Origin: Sphingobacteriales bacterium
GTDB taxonomy: Bacteria; Bacteroidota; Bacteroidia; Chitinophagales; JADIYW01
DNA length: 64,000 bases
NCBI GenBank assembly: GCA_947460245.1
Contig: CANHGL010000002.1
Coordinates: 3,588-67,587 of the forward strand
Direction: 5' to 3'
The notes beneath the pieces were generated by a model. It made no database searches. It was not told where the DNA came from and saw only the letters and a list, made by a program, of their open reading frames with translations. Shown one piece after another: positions 1-10,456 of the stretch. A program made the translations under genes and the position numbers. Each line of letters begins with the position of its first letter. Within the stretch, counting starts at the first letter, position 1.

Positions 1-34
1 AATTTATAGTAACATTTAAGATTCAAGAAAAAAT

Positions 35-1093
35 ATGAAAACAATACTACTGATTGAAGACAATAAAGAGATTAGGGAAAATACTGCGGAGATATTGGAA
101 ATGTCTGACTATAACGTGGTTGCTGCAAAGGACGGAAAGGAAGGGGTGGCACTTGCTGTAGAACATAAGCCCGATTTAATTATCTGCGATATCATGATGC
201 CGGTTTTAGATGGATATGGTGTGATTAATATTCTTCATAACAATGTAGAGACGAGAAATATTCCATTTATATTTTTATCTGCTAAATCGGAACGTATCGA
301 AGTTAGAAAAGGTATGGAGCTTGGCGCAGATGACTATATCACCAAGCCATTTAATGGTACAGAGTTATTAAACGCTGTTCAGAGTAGATTGCATAAGGCG
401 GAGCTTTTACAAAAAGATTTTCTATCCGGCCTGGAAGGCTTAGATAATTTAGTGCATGTCTCAGGTGGTATGGATGTTTTTAATCGTCTGTCAGAAAACA
501 GAAGCTCGCAGCATTTCAATAAAAAACAGATTGTTTATTCAGAAAACAGACATCCATTGCATTTATACTTTGTAAAGAAAGGATCTGTTAAAGCCTATAG
601 AACGAATGAAGATGGTAAGCAACTCACAACTGCTTTATACAGCGAAGGTGATTTTTTGGGTTATATGGCTTTGCTCGAAAAGACAGCTTATAAGGAGACA
701 GCTGAGGCATTGGAGACAACAGAGCTTGCAGTAATTCCAAAAGAAGAATTTGAACGGCTAATGAATAGCAGCAGAGAAGTGATGCAGAAATTTATTCAAC
801 TTTTGGCAAATAATATTTCTGATAACGAAGATAAGTTATTGGGTATGGCTTATAATTCGCTTCGTAAGAAAGTTGCGGAAACACTCATTGCTATTATGAA
901 GAAATATAAGAAAACAAATACCGGACCATTTTCTATAGATATGAGCAGGGAGAATCTTGCTAATATTGCCGGTACTGCAAAAGAATCTCTCATCCGAACA
1001 CTCAGTGATTTTAAAGACGAGAAATTAATTGATATCAGAGAGGGGAGTATACTTATTCTGAATGAGAAGAAGCTGGAACATCTGGTTAATTAA
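35..1093 (+). CDS. Response regulator: REC domain fused to a Crp/Fnr-type cyclic-nucleotide-binding domain and HTH
   Basis: 352-aa ORF. REC hallmarks are present (LLIEDN, DLIICDIMMPVLDG acceptor Asp, LSAKS, ITKPF). The C-terminal two thirds look like a cNMP-binding barrel plus a Crp-type HTH (RENLANIAGTAKESLIRTLSDF). Confidence 0.85.
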   Translation: MKTILLIEDNKEIRENTAEILEMSDYNVVAAKDGKEGVALAVEHKPDLIICDIMMPVLDGYGVINILHNNVETRNIPFIFLSAKSERIEVRKGMELGADDYITKPFNGTELLNAVQSRLHKAELLQKDFLSGLEGLDNLVHVSGGMDVFNRLSENRSSQHFNKKQIVYSENRHPLHLYFVKKGSVKAYRTNEDGKQLTTALYSEGDFLGYMALLEKTAYKETAEALETTELAVIPKEEFERLMNSSREVMQKFIQLLANNISDNEDKLLGMAYNSLRKKVAETLIAIMKKYKKTNTGPFSIDMSRENLANIAGTAKESLIRTLSDFKDEKLIDIREGSILILNEKKLEHLVN

Positions 1094-1302
1094 CAGCGCT
1101 TACTTAGTCTACCAAAGGCAAAAAATCTGACTTCATTTTTATGAAGATGTCTTCCAATATCAGTATTAACTTATTTTGATAGTTGGAATTTATATATATG
1201 CTATGAATCAGCACCCTTTATAATAAATGGTCTAAGCTAGAATATACGCAATATTTTATGTGTGATTTTGGATAGGTAAGAACGGGATAATGATAATTAT
1301 AT

Positions 1303-3519
1303 TTAAAGGCCATAATGAAAGGCTATAGCCATTCTTAGCTGCCCATATGTGTATTGCTCGCCAAAATATTCTTTTAAGGGTTGTATTTGTGTAGTTTCTA
1401 TTTTTACTGCGGCTATTTTAATAGTAGCGAGGGCTTCATCATTTAAAAAATCGTGAATATCAATCTCTTTAGTGGCTATAAAAGAGCTGAGGTGTCCTTC
1501 AATAGTAGTTTTGGATAAGCATCTTTCTTGCGCAATAGTTGCTAAATCTTTTCCGGCTTTATAGAGCTTCAGTGTTTCCCGGTGTGAGTCGCCTTTTTCT
1601 GGTTTCTTCTGAATACTTTCCTGTAGTTTTAAATCTTCCTGATAAAAAGAATTTCCAGTATAGAATCGGCTGCCACCAAATTGTAATCGTTCAATTTGCT
1701 TTAATTTTGATATCAATGCCTGCTCCAATTCAGCTGATTTTCTTAAAAATCCACGTACTCTTTTTTTGCTTTCAAGCAGGAGGATATGTTGATGTAATGG
1801 TTCAAGGAGTTCTTTGATTATCCTTTCAGAAAAATAGTGTATAGATTTCACCACTCTTTCCTGGAGTATCTCTTGATTTTCTATTTGTTCTATGTTTTTC
1901 AGAACACCTTCTAATTGTCTTGAAAATTTATCGGCAATCTCTTTTTGTTCGAATACATATCGGAGTAATTCTTTCGTCAGTGCAATTGTTTTTTCTTTCT
2001 CCGGTAATTGTTTTTCTTCGGAAAGGTCTGCATATGCTCGGATAAGTTCCACCGCTTTATTCCAGTCGAATGCTTTTATTAGCTGTGTTTTTGCATATTC
2101 AATTTTTTGGAAAGGTAGTTGTGCTGTAAGTTCATTTTCAGCAGATAAATAGTTCTGTGTAAAATCAACAATGCGTTGGTCTGTGGTGATGGCTTGTTGA
2201 GTGATTGCCGTTTGTAAAAATAATCCCTCCATATTGATACACCGACTCAATGCCACATATACCTGACCTGCAGCAAATGCTTGCCCTGCATCTATAACGG
2301 CTTTCTGGAAAGTAAGTCCCTGGCTTTTATGAATGGTAATCGCCCAGGCCAATCTGATGGGATATTGTGTAAAGCTCCCAATCTTTTCTTCTTCAATTTT
2401 ATCTGTTGCTGTATTGTAATTGAATCGAATATTTTCCCAGGTCTCTCGCTCAAGGGTATGCTCTAATTCATCTTCAAAAAACTGAACGGTGATAGAAGTT
2501 TCGGAGATATTTTTTATGATGGCTAATTTGCCATTGTAGTATCTTTTTTCTGGCTTACTGTCATTCTTTATAAATATCACCTGTGCCCCAATTTTAAGTT
2601 GGAGATTCATCTCTGTGGGTAATGTTTTTTCAGAAAAATCACCACTGATTTCAGCAGTATATTCAAAAAGGTCTGCATCAAGGCGCTGTAGTTGCGTCTG
2701 ATTGATTTTGTCGGCCTTCCAATTGTGGGTAGTAAGTGTGATGTAGTCTTCTAAATCCCCTATTAGTTCAGGTTGGTGACGATCATTTAGAGAATAGAAG
2801 TCATCTTCATTCATCTCGTTATTCCGAACTTTATTGAGGAGTCGGATAAATTTCTCTTCATTCTGTCTATATATTTTGTGGAATTCAATATTGAGAATAT
2901 TACACTCCTTGATTACATGAGCACTAAAAAAGAAAGGACTTTCGTAATATTCAGAGAGTATTCTCCATTCATCATCGTTAATCACTGGGGGTAATTGGAA
3001 TAAATCTCCAATGAATAAAACCTGAACACCTCCAAAAGCTTCTTCCTGATTTTTACGAACTGTTCTTAATAGGTTGTCTATACAATCCAGGGTATCACAC
3101 CTCAACATACTCACTTCGTCTATAATAAGCAGTTCCATTTCTTTGAATAGTTCTGTTTTAGCCTTACTTAACTTTAGATTTTCAAACAAAGAGTGCAGGT
3201 TTGTGGTATTTGCAGCAACCCGCTGTTTGGTGGGTAAAAAAGGTCCAAAGGGAAGTTGGAACAAAGAGTGAAGGGTCATTCCTCCGGCATTAATGGCGGC
3301 AACTCCAGTGGGTGCGGCAACTACCGTATTTTTCAGGGTATTTTTACGTACGGAATGCAGAAAGGTAGTTTTACCTGTACCAGCTTTACCTGTAACAAAC
3401 ACATTAGCAAAGGTATGTAATACAAATTCGGTGGCTAAAGTATGTGCATCGTCTTCCGCTTCTAAAATCATCATTCTGCCAAAAATAAGATATTGTTGTT
3501 GATTTAAAGATTTATTCAT
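1303..3519 (-). CDS. Pif1/RecD-family ATP-dependent DNA helicase with C-terminal helix-turn-helix extension
   Basis: 738-aa ORF with Walker A (GKAGTGKTT), Walker B (LIIDEVSM) and the SF1B motif WAITIHKSQGLTF. The C-terminal ~90 aa (GKDLATIAQERCLSKTTIEGHL) is HTH-like. Confidence 0.85.
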   Translation of the reverse strand: MNKSLNQQQYLIFGRMMILEAEDDAHTLATEFVLHTFANVFVTGKAGTGKTTFLHSVRKNTLKNTVVAAPTGVAAINAGGMTLHSLFQLPFGPFLPTKQRVAANTTNLHSLFENLKLSKAKTELFKEMELLIIDEVSMLRCDTLDCIDNLLRTVRKNQEEAFGGVQVLFIGDLFQLPPVINDDEWRILSEYYESPFFFSAHVIKECNILNIEFHKIYRQNEEKFIRLLNKVRNNEMNEDDFYSLNDRHQPELIGDLEDYITLTTHNWKADKINQTQLQRLDADLFEYTAEISGDFSEKTLPTEMNLQLKIGAQVIFIKNDSKPEKRYYNGKLAIIKNISETSITVQFFEDELEHTLERETWENIRFNYNTATDKIEEEKIGSFTQYPIRLAWAITIHKSQGLTFQKAVIDAGQAFAAGQVYVALSRCINMEGLFLQTAITQQAITTDQRIVDFTQNYLSAENELTAQLPFQKIEYAKTQLIKAFDWNKAVELIRAYADLSEEKQLPEKEKTIALTKELLRYVFEQKEIADKFSRQLEGVLKNIEQIENQEILQERVVKSIHYFSERIIKELLEPLHQHILLLESKKRVRGFLRKSAELEQALISKLKQIERLQFGGSRFYTGNSFYQEDLKLQESIQKKPEKGDSHRETLKLYKAGKDLATIAQERCLSKTTIEGHLSSFIATKEIDIHDFLNDEALATIKIAAVKIETTQIQPLKEYFGEQYTYGQLRMAIAFHYGL

Positions 3520-3596
3520 TATTCATGGAGTATGATATATCCACATATATGGATGATTAGGTGATATCTAAACCCTATTTTTTTGAAACATAATAC

Positions 3597-3604
3597 TATC
3601 TTTG
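3597..3604 (+). promoter_or_regulatory. Candidate Bacteroidota -7 promoter box (TAnnTTTG) for the nuo operon
   Basis: TATCTTTG lies 16 nt upstream of the nuoA ATG at 3620. It overlaps the alternative TTG start at 3602. No well-spaced -33 TTTG was found. Confidence 0.35.
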
Positions 3605-3619
3605 TCCGTTCATTATCAT

Positions 3620-3994
3620 ATGCTTCTATCTGTTAGTCAATCATTAGATTATTTGCCCATCGTACTGATGTTTATCGTTGCTTTGGGTTTTGTAGCCCTG
3701 GTTATGGGGGTAACCCACTGGATGGGACCACGTCGTAAAACAAAAGTTAAATTGGAAACCTTTGAGTGCGGTATAGAGGTACAGGGAAACGCAAGAACAC
3801 CCTTCTCTATTAAGTATTTTTTAGTAGCTATCCTTTTTGTGTTATTTGACGTAGAAGTAATCTTTATGTATCCCTGGGCTGTTAATTTCAAATCTTTAGG
3901 GTTATTGGGCATAATAGAAATGTTTTCCTTCATTGCAGTTTTTTTGGTGGGATTCTTCTATATACTCAAGAAAGGAGCATTAAAGTGGGAATAA
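3620..3994 (+). CDS. nuoA: NADH-quinone oxidoreductase subunit A
   Basis: Three-TM small protein with FECGIE and FDVEVIFMYPWA motifs. First gene of the nuo series. The ORF track begins at TTG 3602; the ATG at 3620 is preferred. Confidence 0.9.
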   Translation: MLLSVSQSLDYLPIVLMFIVALGFVALVMGVTHWMGPRRKTKVKLETFECGIEVQGNARTPFSIKYFLVAILFVLFDVEVIFMYPWAVNFKSLGLLGIIEMFSFIAVFLVGFFYILKKGALKWE

Positions 3995-4023
3995 TTTGTA
4001 GTGAACTTTGTAAAGTATATTAA

Positions 4024-4584
4024 ATGAGTACAATTTCAACAGCAATAGACATTCATCCGTCTTACCAACCGGATGGTATAGAGGGGCAGGGTTTCTTCGC
4101 AACATCACTGGATAAGGTTGTTGGTTTAGCCAGGGCTAACTCGCTTTGGCCGTTGCCATTTGCCACTTCTTGTTGTGGCATAGAGTTCATGGCTACTATG
4201 GCCTCTCATTACGATCTTGCGAGATTTGGTTCTGAGCGTTTGAGTTTCTCTCCACGCCAGGCAGACCTTTTAATGGTAATGGGTACTATTTCCAAGAAAA
4301 TGGGACCGGTACTTAGACAGGTGTATGAACAGATGGCAGAGCCTAAATGGGTATTAAGTATGGGTGCCTGTGCAAGTAGCGGTGGTATCTTTGATACTTA
4401 TAGTGTTTTACAAGGAATTGATAGAATTATTCCTGTGGATGTATATATCCCGGGTTGTCCGCCAAGACCAGAGCAGGTATTGGACGGAATATTAAAAATT
4501 CAGCACCTGGCAGAAACAGAGCAACGAAGAAGGAGAGATTCGCCAGAGTATAAGGCAATGTTGGCACAATACGGAATTGAATAA
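4024..4584 (+). CDS. nuoB: NADH-quinone oxidoreductase subunit B
   Basis: N2 cluster motifs [16 protein letters not shown] and GCPPRPE. Confidence 0.95.
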   Translation: MSTISTAIDIHPSYQPDGIEGQGFFATSLDKVVGLARANSLWPLPFATSCCGIEFMATMASHYDLARFGSERLSFSPRQADLLMVMGTISKKMGPVLRQVYEQMAEPKWVLSMGACASSGGIFDTYSVLQGIDRIIPVDVYIPGCPPRPEQVLDGILKIQHLAETEQRRRRDSPEYKAMLAQYGIE

Positions 4585-4617
4585 TAAGACGGGTGTATCC
4601 ACCTGAAAACTATAGAG

Positions 4618-5124
4618 ATGAGCGAGTTACTTGATTTAGTAAAAAATAAACTGGAACAGAAATTTGGAGCTGCAGTGTTGACTTCAGAAATGCACTACGA
4701 CTTTCCTGTTTTTATTTTGGAGAAGCATATTGTAAAAGAAGCCCTTCAGTTCCTGAAAGAGGATTCAGATTTAAACTTTCATTTTCTAACTACCCTCTGC
4801 GGTACACACTATCCTGATTTAGAAAAGGATAAAGAGTTTGCGTTGATGTATCAGTTGCACAATATGCCTAAAAACTGGCGTATTCGTATAAAGACATTTT
4901 TATCGAGAGAGCATTTGTCGATACCAACGGTTTCAGATATTTGGAAAACCGCTAACTGGATGGAGCGACAAGAGTATGATTTCTTTGGTTTTAATTTTGA
5001 AGGTCATCCCAATTTGAAACGCATTCTTAATATGGATGAAATGAACTATTTCCCGATGCGAAAAGAATACCCGTTAGAAGATATGCAACGTGAAGATAAA
5101 GATGATAAAATGTTTGGAAGATAA
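4618..5124 (+). CDS. nuoC: NADH-quinone oxidoreductase subunit C
   Basis: 168 aa with the 30-kDa subunit signature ERQEYDFFGFNFEGHPNLKRIL. Position between nuoB and nuoD. Confidence 0.9.
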   Translation: MSELLDLVKNKLEQKFGAAVLTSEMHYDFPVFILEKHIVKEALQFLKEDSDLNFHFLTTLCGTHYPDLEKDKEFALMYQLHNMPKNWRIRIKTFLSREHLSIPTVSDIWKTANWMERQEYDFFGFNFEGHPNLKRILNMDEMNYFPMRKEYPLEDMQREDKDDKMFGR

Positions 5125-5160
5125 ACGAGGGATTGAATTGATAAAGTAGATAGATAACAG

Positions 5161-6351
5161 ATGACTGAAAAACAGATATACGACGAAAAACAGTATTCAA
5201 CCCTAAACTTGGGGCCAACGCACCCTGCTACTCATGGTATATTTCAGAATATATTAACGATGGATGGGGAGATGATTGTAGATGCTGTGTCTACTGTGGG
5301 TTATATCCACCGTGCTTTTGAAAAACTATCGGAACATCGTCCATACAATCAGATTACGCCAATTACAGATCGCCTGAATTATTGCTCATCACCTATAAAT
5401 AATATGGGATGGCATATGACGGTTGAGAAGCTTATTGGTGCGGAGATTCCTAAACGTGCCCAATACATGCGCGTTATTATCATGGAGTTGTCCCGAATTG
5501 CAGATCATATCGTTTGTGATACGGTTATAGCCGTTGATACAGGTGCCATGACGGGTTTCTTACATTTATTCCAATACAGAGAATGGATTTATGAAATTTT
5601 TGAAGGTATCTGTGGAGCACGTTTAACTACCAATATTGGTAGAATTGGAGGAATGGAGCGTGACTTCACCCCTGATGTGTGGAATAAAATACACCATTTC
5701 CTAAAAGAGTTTCCTAAAGGCCTTAGAGAGTTTCAGAAATTAGTTGACAGGAACAGAATCTTCATGGACAGAACGGTTAATGTAGGTGGTATATCTCAGG
5801 ATTTAGCATTACAATACGGCTTTACCGGTCCAAACCTTCGTGCAGCAGGCGTAGATTATGATGTTCGTGTAGCTAATCCTTATTCTTCTTATGAAGATTT
5901 TCAATTTGATATCCCTGTGGGTACGAATGGAGATACCTATGATCGTTATATGGTGCGTATGCAGGAAATGTGGGAGAGCATGCGCATTATAGAACAAGCT
6001 ATTAAAGGTATACCGGATGGACCATTCCATGCCGATCTTCCGGAGTTTTACCTCCCTTCAAAGGAAGATGTATACAGCAAGATGGAAGCTTTAATCTATC
6101 ATTTCAAAATAGTGATGGGGGAGATGGATGTCCCTAAGGGCGAAGTATATCATTGTGTGGAAGGAGGAAATGGAGAGTTGGGCTTTTATCTGATCAGTGA
6201 TGGAGGCAGACAGCCATTCAGACTGCATTTCAGAAGACCTTGCTTTATCTACTATCAGGCTTATCCAGAAATGATAAAAGGCTCTATGCTGAGTGATGCT
6301 ATTTTAACTATGAGTAGTATGAATGTAATAGCAGGAGAGTTGGATGCATAG
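5161..6351 (+). CDS. nuoD: NADH-quinone oxidoreductase subunit D
   Basis: 396 aa with LNLGPTHPATHG and the 49-kDa subunit C-terminus (RLHFRRPCFIYY, SMNVIAGELD). Confidence 0.95.
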   Translation: MTEKQIYDEKQYSTLNLGPTHPATHGIFQNILTMDGEMIVDAVSTVGYIHRAFEKLSEHRPYNQITPITDRLNYCSSPINNMGWHMTVEKLIGAEIPKRAQYMRVIIMELSRIADHIVCDTVIAVDTGAMTGFLHLFQYREWIYEIFEGICGARLTTNIGRIGGMERDFTPDVWNKIHHFLKEFPKGLREFQKLVDRNRIFMDRTVNVGGISQDLALQYGFTGPNLRAAGVDYDVRVANPYSSYEDFQFDIPVGTNGDTYDRYMVRMQEMWESMRIIEQAIKGIPDGPFHADLPEFYLPSKEDVYSKMEALIYHFKIVMGEMDVPKGEVYHCVEGGNGELGFYLISDGGRQPFRLHFRRPCFIYYQAYPEMIKGSMLSDAILTMSSMNVIAGELDA

Positions 6352-6387
6352 AATTTAGTAAGTATACTTTTAGATTTTGATTGAACG

Positions 6388-6921
6388 ATGATAACAGAAC
6401 AACCTATAAAATTTTCGCCGGAAGCTTTAGCTAAAGCTCAGGAGATGATGAAACGTTACCCGGAAGGGAAATCAAAATCTGCTTTGATACCGATTTTACA
6501 TTTGGCTCAGGCAGAATTTGATGGATGGCTTAGCGCTCCGGTTATGGATCATGTAGCATCCATTATGGGTATTGAGCCTATTGAAGTTTATGAGGTGGCA
6601 TCTTTCTATTCGATGTTTAACCTTAAACCTGTCGCAAAATATTTAATTGAAGTGTGCCATACCAGCTCTTGTTGGTTGTGCGGTGCAGAAGATATCGTTC
6701 GATATCTGGAAAAAAAGCTGCAGGTAGAAACGGGTCATATTTCTGCGGATGGAATGTTTCAGATAAAACTCGTAGAATGCCTTGGTTCCTGTGGTACAGC
6801 ACCCATGTTCCAGATTGGAGAACAGTATTATGAACATCTGACATTTGAAAAGATAGATACGATTCTGGAAGATTTACGGAAGGAAAACAAACGAAGTAAA
6901 TACGTTCACCTGAACCAATAA
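6388..6921 (+). CDS. nuoE: NADH-quinone oxidoreductase subunit E (2Fe-2S)
   Basis: 177 aa. The Cys pattern (CHTSSCWLCG ... CLGSCGTAP) is typical of the 24-kDa subunit. Confidence 0.9.
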   Translation: MITEQPIKFSPEALAKAQEMMKRYPEGKSKSALIPILHLAQAEFDGWLSAPVMDHVASIMGIEPIEVYEVASFYSMFNLKPVAKYLIEVCHTSSCWLCGAEDIVRYLEKKLQVETGHISADGMFQIKLVECLGSCGTAPMFQIGEQYYEHLTFEKIDTILEDLRKENKRSKYVHLNQ

Positions 6922-6967
6922 AATGTATAATAGTCTGTAGCATTGCTATAAACTGTAAACTGAAAAA

Positions 6968-8317
6968 ATGGAACGCAAATTATTATTAGCTAACGATCAT
7001 ATAGAAGGTATCCACACACTGGATGTCTACAGAAAACATAATGGGTATACCTCATTAGAGAAGGCTTTTAAAACCATGAAGCCGGACGACGTATTAGAGG
7101 AAGTTAAAAAATCAGGACTTAGAGGTCGTGGTGGTGCAGGCTTTCCTACCGGAATGAAATGGAGCTTTCTGGCGAAGCCGGAAGGAGTTCCTCGTTATCT
7201 CGTTTGTAATGCGGATGAGTCTGAGCCGGGTACCTTCAAGGACAGATATTTGATTGAACATTTGCCCCATCTGTTGATTGAGGGGATGATTATCTCCAGC
7301 TATGCTCTTGGAGCTAATATATCATACATATATGTAAGAGGAGAGTATTACTACCTCATTACTATATTGGAGAAAGCCATCAAAGAAGCTTATGCTGCAG
7401 GATTGCTTGGAAAGAATATTTTAGGATCAGGTTTTGACCATGATATGTATGTGCAGCCTGGTGCAGGCGCATATATCTGTGGGGAAGAAACAGCACTGCT
7501 TGAATCTTTGGAAGGAAAACGCGGAAATCCGCGTATCAAACCTCCTTTCCCGGCAGTAGCCGGTTTGTGGGGATGCCCAACAGTAGTAAACAATGTAGAA
7601 ACTATCGCAGCTGTAGTCCCTATCATTAAAGATGGTGGTGATGCTTATGCTAAAATAGGTATCGGAAAAAGTACAGGAACGAAATTGGTTTCAGCATCCG
7701 GACATATCAATAAACCGGGTGTTTATGAAATTGAAATGGGTATTACCGTGGAGGATTTTATATACGCTGATGCATTCTGTGGAGGAATTCGAAATGGCAA
7801 AAAGCTAAAGGCAGTAGTTGCCGGAGGTTCTTCTGTTCCCATTCTTCCAGCTGAGTTAATCTTAAAAACGGCTGCTGGCGAACCGCGCCTTATGAGCTAT
7901 GAGTCATTGTCTGACGGGGGATTTGCTACAGGAACGATGATGGGTTCCGGAGGTTTTATCGTTATGGATGAAGATACTTCCGTGGTAAAGAATCTATTTA
8001 CTTTTGCTCGCTTCTATCATCATGAATCTTGTGGACAGTGCTCACCGTGCAGAGAAGGTACGGGGTGGATGGAAAAGATATTAAAGAAATTTATTTCAGG
8101 AAAAGCAACGATGGCAGATATTGATTTGCTATGGGATATACAAAGTAAGATAGAAGGTAAAACGATTTGTCCGCTGGGCGACGCAGCAGCATGGCCGGTG
8201 GCTAGCGCTATTCGTCATTTCAGAAGCGAATTTGAAGAGTATGTGAAACATCCGGAATCTATTCACGATGTAAAACACTATTTCAGATTGAATAATCTGG
8301 AAATACAAAATGCATAA
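6968..8317 (+). CDS. nuoF: NADH-quinone oxidoreductase subunit F (FMN/NADH-binding)
   Basis: GLRGRGGAGFPTGMKW, the acidic ADESEPGTFKDR motif and 4Fe-4S CGQCSPCREG ... CPLGD. Confidence 0.95.
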   Translation: MERKLLLANDHIEGIHTLDVYRKHNGYTSLEKAFKTMKPDDVLEEVKKSGLRGRGGAGFPTGMKWSFLAKPEGVPRYLVCNADESEPGTFKDRYLIEHLPHLLIEGMIISSYALGANISYIYVRGEYYYLITILEKAIKEAYAAGLLGKNILGSGFDHDMYVQPGAGAYICGEETALLESLEGKRGNPRIKPPFPAVAGLWGCPTVVNNVETIAAVVPIIKDGGDAYAKIGIGKSTGTKLVSASGHINKPGVYEIEMGITVEDFIYADAFCGGIRNGKKLKAVVAGGSSVPILPAELILKTAAGEPRLMSYESLSDGGFATGTMMGSGGFIVMDEDTSVVKNLFTFARFYHHESCGQCSPCREGTGWMEKILKKFISGKATMADIDLLWDIQSKIEGKTICPLGDAAAWPVASAIRHFRSEFEEYVKHPESIHDVKHYFRLNNLEIQNA

Positions 8318-8331
8318 TTCAAAGAATAAAA

Positions 8332-9351
8332 ATGGCTAAAGTTACCATAGACGATATTACGATTGAAGTTCCGGATGGAACTTCAATTTTGCAGGCTGCA
8401 AGAATGATTGATGAGCAGCATGGTACGCATATTGCTCCGCCTACCATGTGTTATTACTCTAAACTGGAAACTTCAGGTGGATATTGCAGAACCTGTATCG
8501 TTAGTGTAACGCAAGGTTCCGAAAAAGATCCTCGCCCAATGCCTAAACCTGTTGCCAGTTGCAGAACGAATGTAATGGATGGTATGGTGGTGAAGAATAC
8601 AACTTCCCCGGAACTACTGGAAGCTCGTGCAGGTGTAGTAGAGTTTTTATTGGCTAATCACCCACTGGATTGCCCTATCTGTGATCAGGCAGGGGAGTGT
8701 CATCTTCAGGATCTTTCTTACGAAAATGGCAAGGAAGAAACCCGCTATGAATTTAATAGAAGAAGATTTGATCCTATTGATATTGGACCATATGTGAAGT
8801 TGCATATGAATCGATGTATTCTTTGTTATCGTTGCGTAAAAGTATGCGATCAGTTAACAGATAAACGTGTTCATGGGGTTATTAATCGCGGAGATCATTC
8901 AGAAATTTCTACCTATATAGAGAAGGCAATAGATAATGATTTCTCTGGTAATATAATAGATGTTTGCCCTGTTGGCGCTCTTACAGACAGAACGTTCCGA
9001 TTTAAGAGTCGCGTATGGTATACCAATCCGGTAGATGCACACAGAGGCTGTGAAAAATGCTCCGGTAAAGTACGTTTGTGGATGAAAGGCGACGAAGTAT
9101 TGAGGGTTACAGCAAGAAAAGATCAGTGGGGAGAGGCAGAGCAGTTTATTTGTAACACTTGCAGATTCGATAAAAAGAAAACTTCAGATTGGACAATTGA
9201 AGGTCCGACGAAAGTGAATCATCATTCAGTAATTGCCCAGAATCATGATGATCTCAGAAAATTACAAGTAGGGGTTAAAAAACAAATTCATCAATTAGAT
9301 GGAGTAAAATCGGAATTAGGCAAAGGGCCTTTGGATCCGAATAATATTTAA
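8332..9351 (+). CDS. nuoG: NADH-quinone oxidoreductase subunit G, short form (Fe-S N-terminal part only)
   Basis: 339 aa with a 2Fe-2S ferredoxin-like N-terminus (CYYS...CRTCIV), HPLDCPICDQAGECHLQD and CILCYRCVKVCD...CPVGAL. No molybdopterin-like C-terminal domain. Confidence 0.85.
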   Translation: MAKVTIDDITIEVPDGTSILQAARMIDEQHGTHIAPPTMCYYSKLETSGGYCRTCIVSVTQGSEKDPRPMPKPVASCRTNVMDGMVVKNTTSPELLEARAGVVEFLLANHPLDCPICDQAGECHLQDLSYENGKEETRYEFNRRRFDPIDIGPYVKLHMNRCILCYRCVKVCDQLTDKRVHGVINRGDHSEISTYIEKAIDNDFSGNIIDVCPVGALTDRTFRFKSRVWYTNPVDAHRGCEKCSGKVRLWMKGDEVLRVTARKDQWGEAEQFICNTCRFDKKKTSDWTIEGPTKVNHHSVIAQNHDDLRKLQVGVKKQIHQLDGVKSELGKGPLDPNNI

Positions 9352-9403
9352 TAAAAAACAAATGCATTTGTCAACTACATTGTCAATTGTAAACTAACGA
9401 AAA

Positions 9404-10432
9404 ATGATTGCATTCATAATATATAAATCCATTTTAGTATTTGTGGTCTTCCTGGTTTCTTTGGGAATTGCAGCTTATTCTACCTATGCCGAAAGGAAGG
9501 TGGCCGCTTTCATGCAGGATCGCGTAGGACCGGATAGAGCGGGACCTTTTGGTATCTTACAGCCTATAGCGGATGGGATAAAAATGTTTATGAAGGAAGA
9601 AATCATTCCAACGGTTTCTAATAAATTCTTATTTGTACTTGGCCCAAGTTTAGCGATGCTAACCGCATTAATGACAGGAGTAGTTATTCCATGGGGAGGA
9701 GATTTATCTTTTGGTGGTCAAGTTTATCCTCTGCAGATTACAGATATCAATATTGGTATTCTTTATGTATTTGGTGTAGTATCCATAGGGGTATATGGAA
9801 TTATGATTGGAGGTTGGGCATCCAATAATAAATATTCTATGTTAGGCGCACTGCGCGCATCTTCTCAGATGATTAGTTATGAGATTGCGATGGGCTTGGC
9901 AATTGTGGCATTGGTAATGAAGACAGGTACGTTAAGCTTAGGAGAAATTGTAAATCAACAGAATGGTGACTGGTGGAACATATGTTATCAGCCTCTGGGT
10001 TTTCTTATTTTCTTAATCTGTGCATTTGCAGAAACCAATAGAGCACCTTTTGATTTACCGGAGTGTGAAACAGAGCTGGTGGGTGGTTATCACACGGAAT
10101 ATTCTTCCATGAAATTGGGATTCTATCTATTCGCAGAATATATCAATATATTTATTTCGGCTGCGATTATGTCGTCGTTGTATTTTGGAGGATATAATAT
10201 TCCTTTCCAGCATCTTATTCCTGTTGGTCCTAATATATTAGCTTTTCTCCAAGTTGGATTCTTCTTTTCAAAAATAATTTTCTTTATTTTCTTCTTCATG
10301 TGGGTGCGTTGGACAATTCCGAGGTTCAGATATGATCAGCTAATGAATTTGGGTTGGAAGATTATGATACCCCTGGCCATCTTTAATATTTTAGCTACCG
10401 GCATCATGATGTTTGCATTAGGAAAAGTATAG
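9404..10432 (+). CDS. nuoH: NADH-quinone oxidoreductase subunit H
   Basis: 342-aa polytopic membrane protein with ERKVAAFMQDRVGPDR and ETNRAPFDLPECETELVGGYHTEYS. Confidence 0.95.
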   Translation: MIAFIIYKSILVFVVFLVSLGIAAYSTYAERKVAAFMQDRVGPDRAGPFGILQPIADGIKMFMKEEIIPTVSNKFLFVLGPSLAMLTALMTGVVIPWGGDLSFGGQVYPLQITDINIGILYVFGVVSIGVYGIMIGGWASNNKYSMLGALRASSQMISYEIAMGLAIVALVMKTGTLSLGEIVNQQNGDWWNICYQPLGFLIFLICAFAETNRAPFDLPECETELVGGYHTEYSSMKLGFYLFAEYINIFISAAIMSSLYFGGYNIPFQHLIPVGPNILAFLQVGFFFSKIIFFIFFFMWVRWTIPRFRYDQLMNLGWKIMIPLAIFNILATGIMMFALGKV

Positions 10433-10456
10433 AATACATAAGTAAAGTAAAATTGT

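Noticed and set aside
3602-3619. TTG start for nuoA given by the ORF track
   Set aside because: It overlaps the candidate -7 promoter box TATCTTTG. The ATG at 3620 gives a normal-length NuoA N-terminus.
9379-9390. 12-mer ATTGTCAATTGT upstream of nuoH, matching the reverse complement ACAATTGACAAT at 47451-47462 upstream of thrS
   Set aside because: Many exact 12-mer matches between strands are expected by chance in 64 kb of AT-rich DNA. There is no additional flanking similarity.
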